Below, one piece after another: positions 7,920-15,386 of a stretch of 25,591 nt of DNA. Within the stretch, counting starts at the first letter, position 1; the number at the start of each line of letters is the position of its first letter. The notes under the pieces are model-generated. The model did not search any database. It saw only the letters and a program-made list of their open reading frames with translations, and was not told the DNA's origin. Made by a program: the position numbers and the translations under genes. The DNA comes from Gemmatimonadota bacterium (lineage in GTDB: Bacteria; Gemmatimonadota; Gemmatimonadetes; Palauibacterales; KS3-K002), in NCBI GenBank assembly GCA_039586795.1, contig JBDHJS010000048.1, positions 1 to 25,591 of the forward strand. The letters run 5' to 3'.

Positions 7920-9664
7920 GCAAGCTGACGCTGGTTGGGCACCGGGCCGAAAAGGATCGGGTTCTGGAGGATCTACAGGAGATGGGGTGCCTGGAGATCG
8001 TCTCCCTGTCACCGGACGTTGCTCCCGTGGCCGATCCGTCGAAGCGCAGCCGTGAGGCGCTGGCCTACTTGGAGCGATGTCCTCAGCAGCAGCGCCCGGT
8101 CACCGTCACCGCCGAATTCGATGCGGTTAAGGTCGAGAGCGAAATCCTGGAGGTTCAGGAGCGCACGCACCGGCTGGAGCTGGAGCGGGACGCGCTCATG
8201 CACCGCATCGAAGCTCTCGCACCATGGGGTGACTTCGAGTTTCCTCTCGTCGAGGATTTAGCCGGGCAGCGAATGTGGTTCTACATCGTCCCCCAGAACC
8301 GCATTCGCGAGCTGGAGGCTTCGGACCTGATCTGGGACGAAGTCAAGCGAGATGGGAGAAACGCCTACGTGATCGTCATCTCAGATGGCGAGCCACAGGG
8401 TGTACCGGCTCCGCGCGTGCGGACCGGGAAGGTGTCGCACAAGCAACTGGAGCGCCGACTCGAGGACGTGGAGCTCGAGCTGGAGGATGCGGCTCTGGAA
8501 CGCATTCGACTCACGCGCTGGCGCGCCCAGATGTCACGAAGCCTGGATGCCCTCGAGGACCGGGCGGCGCGGGAGCATGCTGCGGATCAGTGCTACGATG
8601 CGGAGCCCGTGTTCGCGCTCCGGGCGTGGGTGCCGACCGAATCGCTCCAGGACATCGGTTCGTACGCCGAGGCGAACGGGTTAGCCTTAGAGGTCTCGGA
8701 ACCTGACGCCGACGATGAGCCGCCGACGCTGCTCCGCAACGCGGATCGTCGCCGGGGCGGCGAGGACCTCGTCAACTTCTACAAGACGCCGGGCTACGGC
8801 AGCTGGGATCCTTCATCCGTCGTCCTCTACTCCTTCGCGATCTTCTTCGCGATGATCATCTCCGACGCGGGGTACGGATTACTGCTCGCGCTCGTCGTGG
8901 CGCACTACTGGAAGCGCATGTCCGGCGCGGAGGCGGGACGGCGCTGGCGCTGGGTCTTATTCACTCTGGTGTTGGCGACCATCGGCTACGGCATCCTAAT
9001 AGGATCGTTCTTCGGAGTCTCTCCGACTCCGGGGAGCGCGCCGGCGCGTCTGGCCTTCCTCGACATGAGCGACACCACCGTCATGATGGGGCTCTCCGTC
9101 ATCATCGGCGTAATTCACGTGGTGCTAGGCAACATCATGAATGCCGCGCGCTACGGGTGGAGCCCGCGGGCACTGCCGTCGTTGGGTTGGGCGATGTTCG
9201 TGCTCGCCGGATTCACGCTGTTCGTTGCCATGCAGCTCGGCGCCGACGCCCTGCGAACGCCGGCAACCGTCATAGCGATCGTCGGTCTCACTCTGGTCTT
9301 CACGTTCTCTGGATACGGGTCCCGTCCCCTGAGCCGTCTGGGCAAAGGGTTGGTTGCGCTGACTCGTATCACCGGAGCGTTCGGTGACGTGCTCAGCTAT
9401 CTGAGGCTGTTTGCCCTTGGCCTCGCATCCGCGTCGCTGGCGATCGCGTTCAACGGCATGGCCGACAGTGCCCGCGAAGGCATTCCCGCCGTGGGCCTGC
9501 TGGCTGCGGCAGCTATTCTGATCATCGGACATACACTGAACCTGGTACTTGCAGTCGCCAGTGGCTTCATCCACGGACTGCGACTGAACGTGATCGAGTT
9601 CTTCAATTGGGGTTTGCCGGAGGAAGGACCGCTCTTCCGGCCGTTCAAGAAGAAAGGAACGTGA
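7901..9664 (+). CDS. ntpI: V/A-type ATP synthase subunit I (a; ion channel)
   Basis: Soluble N-terminal half, then PPTLL, Y.TPGY..WDP, IISDAGYG, the essential-Arg motif DVLSYLRLFALGL, and HGLRLNVIEFF. Confidence 0.96.
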   Translation: MAIIPLSKLTLVGHRAEKDRVLEDLQEMGCLEIVSLSPDVAPVADPSKRSREALAYLERCPQQQRPVTVTAEFDAVKVESEILEVQERTHRLELERDALMHRIEALAPWGDFEFPLVEDLAGQRMWFYIVPQNRIRELEASDLIWDEVKRDGRNAYVIVISDGEPQGVPAPRVRTGKVSHKQLERRLEDVELELEDAALERIRLTRWRAQMSRSLDALEDRAAREHAADQCYDAEPVFALRAWVPTESLQDIGSYAEANGLALEVSEPDADDEPPTLLRNADRRRGGEDLVNFYKTPGYGSWDPSSVVLYSFAIFFAMIISDAGYGLLLALVVAHYWKRMSGAEAGRRWRWVLFTLVLATIGYGILIGSFFGVSPTPGSAPARLAFLDMSDTTVMMGLSVIIGVIHVVLGNIMNAARYGWSPRALPSLGWAMFVLAGFTLFVAMQLGADALRTPATVIAIVGLTLVFTFSGYGSRPLSRLGKGLVALTRITGAFGDVLSYLRLFALGLASASLAIAFNGMADSAREGIPAVGLLAAAAILIIGHTLNLVLAVASGFIHGLRLNVIEFFNWGLPEEGPLFRPFKKKGT

Positions 9665-9667
9665 TCC

Positions 9668-10114
9668 TTGGAACCGCTCGTCTTATCCATGGGCTGGGCA
9701 GGCATATTCGCCCCACTGGCACTGGGCGCCATCGGTAGCATGATCGGCGTGGGCCGCGGTGGGCTGGCGGCGGCGGGAGCGATGCTGGAGGTAGAAAGCG
9801 GCTACGGCCGTTTCGTCGGAGTGGCGGCGATGCCGTCGTCCCAGACCATCTACGGCATCGTGGTGATGCTGACGCTGGAGCGCCCCGTAACGATTGCCAA
9901 CGCTCCCGGCATGTTCGTCTTGGGCGCCCTCACGGGTGTGGCGCTGCTCGTCAGCGCGGCGGCACAAGGGAGCGCCTGCGCCGCATCGATCAACGCCTCG
10001 AAGTCGAAGCCGGAGGTGTTCGGGATCTCCATCGCGCCAGCGGCCGTCATCGAGGGCTTTGCTGTATTCGTGTTCGTCTTCGCCCTGGTCATCGGGGCCG
10101 GGATTCCCGAGTGA
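9668..10114 (+). CDS. ntpK: V/A-type ATP synthase subunit K (c; 4-TM double-hairpin proteolipid)
   Basis: Four hydrophobic helices; PSSQTIYG, SAAAQG and a single carboxylate in helix 4 (VIEGFAVF). TTG start with an AAGGA RBS; alternative ATG at 9689. Confidence 0.93.
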   Translation: MEPLVLSMGWAGIFAPLALGAIGSMIGVGRGGLAAAGAMLEVESGYGRFVGVAAMPSSQTIYGIVVMLTLERPVTIANAPGMFVLGALTGVALLVSAAAQGSACAASINASKSKPEVFGISIAPAAVIEGFAVFVFVFALVIGAGIPE

Positions 10115-10122
10115 GGTGACGC

Positions 10123-10782
10123 ATGGCCGAGCAAGATGCAAAATCGTCCGGCGTGAAAGAGCTCATCGACCGGATTCGTGACGAAGGCGTTCAATCCGCA
10201 CGGGACGAGGCGGACCGAATCCTATTGGACGCCAAGTCACAGGCCGCCCGCATCGTCGCCGACGCTAGGGCGGACGCCGTGTCTATGAAGAGGGATGCGG
10301 CCGAAGCCGTGGAGCGGGAGCACACGGCGGCCATCGAGGCGTTGCGGATCGCGGCACGAGACACCGGGCTCGAGTTGCGCTCCGCGGTGCTGTCCGCCTT
10401 CGAGGAGCATGTTCGTCGCCTGGTCACCGACGTGACCATGGACGGCTCCGTGCTGCGTGACATGATCCTGGTTCTGGCGGGCAGGGCAGCGGAGGATCTC
10501 ATCAAGGATCGAGACGCCGCCATTCTCATCCCCCAACGGATAGCGGAGGAGGCGCCACCGGAGCTCGAGGAATTCTTGCGGCGTTCCGCGGTGGCGATTT
10601 CCGCCGAAGTGCTTCGAGAAGGCATCGATCTCATCCCTTCAAGTGATGTGAAAGGCGGAGCGCGCATTCGTCTGGCGGATGACGACCTGGAGATCGATCT
10701 GAGCGACGAAGCTCTATCCGAGATGATGCTGAAGCTCCTGCTGCCTCGCTATCGAAAGATCCTCGCCGAGGCGGGCCAGTGA
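10123..10782 (+). CDS. ntpE: V/A-type ATP synthase subunit E (peripheral stalk)
   Basis: GVKELIDRIRDEGV N-terminus, Ala/Glu-rich coiled coil, C-terminal GGARIRL...EIDLSDEAL...LLPRY; GAGG RBS. Confidence 0.88.
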   Translation: MAEQDAKSSGVKELIDRIRDEGVQSARDEADRILLDAKSQAARIVADARADAVSMKRDAAEAVEREHTAAIEALRIAARDTGLELRSAVLSAFEEHVRRLVTDVTMDGSVLRDMILVLAGRAAEDLIKDRDAAILIPQRIAEEAPPELEEFLRRSAVAISAEVLREGIDLIPSSDVKGGARIRLADDDLEIDLSDEALSEMMLKLLLPRYRKILAEAGQ

Positions 10783-11456
10783 CGGTGAAGCGACGCTACT
10801 ATCAGCTCGTCGCCAGCTTGCCGGCGCTGCCTTACTTCCGTCGCACCCGGCTGCTACCGCTGAGCCGCAGGCGTCTCGAGGAACGCCTCGCTTTGCTTCA
10901 CCCCGACGACCTGGCGGACCTTCTTCGCGCCGAAAGTCTCGTCAGCTGGCGCCGGCAGCCAGTGACACGGACGACGGAAGAGATCGCGGCCATGTACGAT
11001 GATGTCATGGCCAATACTCAGAACCGGGCCCTACGACAGATCGTCGATTTCCGCATGAACATGCGGACGGTGATGGTTGCGCTCCGGCTCAAGCGCCAGG
11101 GGAAGAGTCCGCCGTCCGAACGCTGGGGCGTGGGCCGCTACACGCGGATGATCGAATCCCGTTGGGCAGAGCCGGAGTTCGGGTTGGCCGCCGTTTTCCC
11201 GTGGATTCCCGAAGCCCGAGAGTTACTGGACCGGGGCGACGCGATGGAGCTCGAGGGCTCGATGATGGACCAATCGTGGATGCAGCTCAGCCAGATCGCT
11301 GACGCACACCCGTTCGGTTTCGAGCAGGTGTTCGCCTTCGTGGTCAAGTGGGACATCCTGCACCGATGGCTGTCGTACGACGCCGACAAGGCGCGGCAGC
11401 GATTCGAGGAATTGATATTGGAGGTGACAAGTGACCACCGAGACCTCTTCGCCTGA
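10779..11456 (+). CDS. DUF2764-type protein, probable V/A-ATPase subunit C equivalent
   Basis: YYQLVASLPAL N-terminus and F.FEQVFAFVVKW.IL.RW C-terminus. GTGA overlap with subunit E; lies between E and A as in Chlamydia/Spirochaete/Bacteroidota-type operons. Confidence 0.85.
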   Translation: MTVKRRYYQLVASLPALPYFRRTRLLPLSRRRLEERLALLHPDDLADLLRAESLVSWRRQPVTRTTEEIAAMYDDVMANTQNRALRQIVDFRMNMRTVMVALRLKRQGKSPPSERWGVGRYTRMIESRWAEPEFGLAAVFPWIPEARELLDRGDAMELEGSMMDQSWMQLSQIADAHPFGFEQVFAFVVKWDILHRWLSYDADKARQRFEELILEVTSDHRDLFA

Positions 11457-13287
11457 TCTGAACGCTGAAGCTGCCGCTGGCGTTCGCCGCGCTCCCATCG
11501 TGAGCGTGCAGGAGAGTCTGGTCACCATAGACGTCAGCGACGTACGGGTGATGAAGAACGAGGTCGGTCACGTCATCTTGGGAGACCAGCGGCTGAAGGC
11601 CGAAGTGCTGCGTGTCCAGAACCGCGAGGCGGATCTGCAGGTCTTCGAGGACACTTCCGGCGTGCAGGTAGGTGACGAGGTCGAACTGACGGGTGAAATG
11701 CTCTCGATCACCCTCGCACCCGGCTTGTTGGGAACCGTCTTCGATGGGCTCCAGAACCCCCTCGCCCTGTTGGCGCACGAGTTCGGGTTCCTTCTGCCCC
11801 GAGGTACCGAGGTGCATCCGGTGGATCCCGAAAAGAATTGGGACTTCACACCCGCCGTCGGTCCGGGTGAAACCGTGGATGCGGGGCAGATTTTGGGCGC
11901 CGTGCCGGAAGGGCTGTTCGAGCACAAGATCATGGTGCCGTTCGACGAGCGGCAGCCGGTGGAGGTCACCTGGGTCGCACGAGGCAACGTCTCGATCAAC
12001 GAGCCAGTGGCGCGCGTCCGCCGCCCCGACGGCGAGGAGCGGACGCTGACGATGGCCAGGCGGTGGCCCGTGCGTCGGCCGCTGCCCGATGCCATGCTGC
12101 GGCGACGCGTAGCCGAACGCATCTACCCCACCCAGCCTCTGACAACGACACAGAGGATCATCGATACGATGTTCCCGGTGGCCCGGGGAGGAACGGCGTG
12201 CATTCCCGGACCTTTCGGATCGGGGAAGACGGTTCTGCAGAGCCTGGTCGCGCGTCACTCTTCCGTCGACATCGTGATCATCATCGCGTGCGGCGAGCGG
12301 GCGGGCGAAGTCGTGGAGACGATCACCGAGTACCCTGAGACGCCGGATCCCCGGACCGGCGGCATCCTGATGGACCGGACGATCATCGTCTGCAACACCT
12401 CGTCGATGCCGGTGGCGGCGCGCGAGTCTTCCATCTACACCGGCATAACCATGGGCGAATACTACCGCCAGATGGGTTACAACGTTCTGTGCATCGCCGA
12501 CTCCACTTCCCGTTGGGCCCAGGCGATGCGCGAGACTTCCGGTCGCATGGAGGAGATTCCCGGAGAAGAAGCGTTCCCGGCCTACCTCGACTCTTCCATC
12601 AAGAGTCTCTATGAACGCGCCGGTCTCATCCAGGGACCTGATGGCCAGACCGGTAGCGTAACGCTCATCGGTACCGTGTCACCCGCTGGCGGCAACTTCG
12701 AGGAGCCCGTGACCCAGGCCACCCTCGCCACCGTGAAGACGTTCCTCGGCCTGTCCGCCGACCGCGCCTATAAGAGGTTCTATCCTGCCATCGACCCACT
12801 CATGTCATGGTCGCGCTACTTCGACCAGATGAGCGATTGGTACGGTGAGAATCTGTCGGGCACGTGGGTGGAGGATGTGAAGGCGGCCCATGAACTGCTT
12901 CACCGTGGCGACGGCATCTACCAGATGATGCAAGTGACCGGCGAAGAAGGAATCACGATGGAGGACTACATCGCGTGGCAGAAGTCGGTCTTCCTCGACA
13001 TGGTCTTCCTGCAACAAGATGCTTACGACCCAGTAGATGCAACGACGCCGTTAGATCGTCAGAAACGGAGCTTCGAACTGGTCAAGGAGATCATCGAGGC
13101 CGAGTACGCGATCGATGACCGGGACGAGACACGGGACTTCTTTACGCGGCTGACCAGCCTGTTCAAGAATCTCAACTACAGCCCCGACGATTCCGCAGAG
13201 TATCTTCGCTACCTCAAGGAGATCCGGGAGTTGGCCGACTCGAAGCGCGTGAAGCCGGCGGAAGCGGACGAAGAGAAACCCGGCTAG
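11431..13287 (+). CDS. ntpA: V/A-type ATP synthase subunit A (catalytic)
   Basis: Walker A GPFGSGKT, ACGERAGE, NTSSMPVAARE, DSTSRWAQAMRE, PGEEAFPAYL and SPAGGNFEEPVTQ. GTG start with a GGAGG RBS. Confidence 0.97.
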   Translation: MTTETSSPDLNAEAAAGVRRAPIVSVQESLVTIDVSDVRVMKNEVGHVILGDQRLKAEVLRVQNREADLQVFEDTSGVQVGDEVELTGEMLSITLAPGLLGTVFDGLQNPLALLAHEFGFLLPRGTEVHPVDPEKNWDFTPAVGPGETVDAGQILGAVPEGLFEHKIMVPFDERQPVEVTWVARGNVSINEPVARVRRPDGEERTLTMARRWPVRRPLPDAMLRRRVAERIYPTQPLTTTQRIIDTMFPVARGGTACIPGPFGSGKTVLQSLVARHSSVDIVIIIACGERAGEVVETITEYPETPDPRTGGILMDRTIIVCNTSSMPVAARESSIYTGITMGEYYRQMGYNVLCIADSTSRWAQAMRETSGRMEEIPGEEAFPAYLDSSIKSLYERAGLIQGPDGQTGSVTLIGTVSPAGGNFEEPVTQATLATVKTFLGLSADRAYKRFYPAIDPLMSWSRYFDQMSDWYGENLSGTWVEDVKAAHELLHRGDGIYQMMQVTGEEGITMEDYIAWQKSVFLDMVFLQQDAYDPVDATTPLDRQKRSFELVKEIIEAEYAIDDRDETRDFFTRLTSLFKNLNYSPDDSAEYLRYLKEIRELADSKRVKPAEADEEKPG

Positions 13288-14530
13288 CCCCGCTCAAAGG
13301 CAACTGCCAACCGATCTGAGTGTGTCCGGGACCGCTGTAGGTGGCGATCCAGCCTCGGCTGTCTGCCACGATGTCGAACACTCCTCCGAAATCCGCACTC
13401 CAGCTGTCGTTGCTATCGGCGGTCACCGAGATCTCGGGCCCCTCGGGGAACGGGAAGGCCGGATTGAACACTCTGACATCCAGGACAGTGCCCTCGCGAG
13501 CGGATCCGCTCACTACGTCACCACTCAGGTCAACGTCATCTAGCGTCACATACAGGACGTCATACTCCACTACTGTGACACCATCGTACATCCTTACCAC
13601 GTCACCTTCCGCTATGCTGAACGGCACGACATCGCCGTAGTCTCGGAAGTTCACATTGCCTTGAGCATCCGCCGCTTTCGTGCGTTGGTACTCGACAGAA
13701 CCGTTAGCACCGTTGTCAATCTCCAGCGTCACCTGACTGCCGATTCGCCACCCGTGGCCAAGCACACCACTCGTCTGACTGAAGTCGGGACTGACAAAGA
13801 CGCCGAGTCCCGGCGCGTAGCCGTTGCCCGGCGCTTCACGTTCGGCTTCCCAGGTACCGGAGCACGGAGTTCCAGATAGCTCTGCGCTCCAGGTGCCTGA
13901 CGCCGAGTCGTTGGCCCGGAACGTCCCATCGACTGTGATGTCCAGATCAATACTTGGGAACGAGTTCTCGATCTTGAAGCTCCCCGCGTTGATCGGCCAA
14001 CCAGTTGCATTCTCCGCGGTGGCATCGATGTACAGGGTGACGATGCCGCACTGCCAACCGTCGAACAAATAGTACATCTCCGTCATCGCCGTTCGCGCAG
14101 AACTCACATCGAAAGCAATCTGCCCGAACTCTGCGGTCCCCCACCAGCGACCGCGCTCCGGCGCGATGGCCGCGACGGAGAAGATCCTGGTGTGGTGTTC
14201 GCCCCTGCCGTCTTCGACGCGGATCCCTACGGAGTAAGTGCCGGCGTGGGCGGCGCTGGGCGCCATGACACACCTGGCCGTTGCTGTGTCACCCACCTGA
14301 TCCACGTCCTCAAGCGAAACGAATCCCGGATTCCCTATGATGCTGAACGTAAGCTCGTCACCGTCGGGGTCCGACGCGATGAGATCAGTAACCCGGGTCA
14401 CGCCGGCCGGGATGCTCTGGTCCGCAATTCGAGCCAATCGTGGCGGATTGTTGTCCGGTGCGTTTGCGTCCTGGCAAGAACTGCTAACGATCATAGCCGC
14501 GCAGACCACGAACAGAAGTCGAGGCGTCAT
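13214..14530 (-). CDS. Secreted lipoprotein with N-terminal Ig/cadherin-like domain and further beta-rich domains (3' end uncertain)
   Basis: Signal peptide ending SSSC; NNPPRL...ASDPDGDELTFS...VRVEDGRG, typical of cadherin-like/Ig repeats; GGAG RBS. The last ~25 codons overlap ntpA on the opposite strand. Confidence 0.75.
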   Translation of the reverse strand: MTPRLLFVVCAAMIVSSSCQDANAPDNNPPRLARIADQSIPAGVTRVTDLIASDPDGDELTFSIIGNPGFVSLEDVDQVGDTATARCVMAPSAAHAGTYSVGIRVEDGRGEHHTRIFSVAAIAPERGRWWGTAEFGQIAFDVSSARTAMTEMYYLFDGWQCGIVTLYIDATAENATGWPINAGSFKIENSFPSIDLDITVDGTFRANDSASGTWSAELSGTPCSGTWEAEREAPGNGYAPGLGVFVSPDFSQTSGVLGHGWRIGSQVTLEIDNGANGSVEYQRTKAADAQGNVNFRDYGDVVPFSIAEGDVVRMYDGVTVVEYDVLYVTLDDVDLSGDVVSGSAREGTVLDVRVFNPAFPFPEGPEISVTADSNDSWSADFGGVFDIVADSRGWIATYSGPGHTQIGWQLPLSGASRVSLRPLPPASRASSRPTPGSP

Positions 14531-14771
14531 CTCAGCGCTCCGTGTATCGATTGGTGCTCGAGAAAGTTCTGTGGATGGAGATAGGACCGGTCGAAAGACC
14601 GCTGGGGATCGCCTCTAATGTTGGCGAATAGCACGGCTGTCCACCTGCGAGCGCAGGGCAGCAACGCACGACCGCACAGCCACATCCGGGTGACCGCCAA
14701 CATGCGAAAGGCCGTCACCTCAGGCAACAACTAAACGCGAGTGGTAATATCAGTTATCGGTATCGGCCGAG

Positions 14772-14823
14772 TGGGCGGCTAGCAAGATGTGGCGCGGAAT
14801 CGGGCGGGAGGAGTAGCCGCCCA
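14772..14823. repeat. 10-bp perfect inverted repeat just downstream of the hemerythrin stop (terminator or REP-like)
   Basis: TGGGCGGCTA (14772-14781) and TAGCCGCCCA (14814-14823), 32-nt spacer. Confidence 0.45.
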
Positions 14824-14824
14824 A

Positions 14825-15367
14825 TCACTCTCTTACCTGTCTCTCCAGCCTTTCGGCGAGAGCAACGTACTTGTCGTGCACGCCCTCTTCCTCGACCCGC
14901 TCGTATTCAGCGAGCAGCCGATCGCGCTCCGACGCCGGGATGGTGGTCTCGGCCATCGGGAACAGGACAACGTCCTCTTTCGCGATGTGCTCCCGCAGCA
15001 GCGCCGCGTAGCGGCGGGCGATCAGGATCACCGCTTCAACGGCGTCGGCTTCACCGGCCTGCATCTTCTGTGCAGCTTCGAGAAGGCCGCGAGTGTAGGC
15101 GCGTGCTTGCTCGTGTTCGGCCAGCATCACGGCGATCGGGCCCTCGTCGCTGGGCATGCCGGCATCGTTCATCGCCTTGAACAACACGCCCTCTTCTTTT
15201 TGGTGATGACAGCCGTCGGCGAATTCGCGGATGAACTCTGTAGCATCGATGAACAAGCTTGGGTCGAGCGTTTCGCCGTCCTCGAGCCGCGATGCCGCGG
15301 TCTCGAGAACGGCCAGGACGCGCTCGATCACTCGGTGCTCATCCATCAGAATCTGTGTGGCCTTCAC
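14825..15367 (-). CDS. Hemerythrin-like (HHE) domain protein
   Basis: EHRVIE, CHHQKEEGVLF, MLAEHEQAR and HIAKEDVVLFP di-iron ligand motifs. Start reassigned to GTG 15367 (MKATQILMDEH) to avoid overlap with the upstream gene. Confidence 0.92.
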   Translation of the reverse strand: MKATQILMDEHRVIERVLAVLETAASRLEDGETLDPSLFIDATEFIREFADGCHHQKEEGVLFKAMNDAGMPSDEGPIAVMLAEHEQARAYTRGLLEAAQKMQAGEADAVEAVILIARRYAALLREHIAKEDVVLFPMAETTIPASERDRLLAEYERVEEEGVHDKYVALAERLERQVRE

Positions 15368-15386
15368 GTTAGCAACCCGTGTCTCG

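Noticed and set aside
14618..14703. GTTGGCG...CGCCAAC inverted repeat as an integron attC site
   Set aside because: The order is GTT...AAC rather than RYYYAAC...GTTRRRY, and there is no integrase or cassette array.
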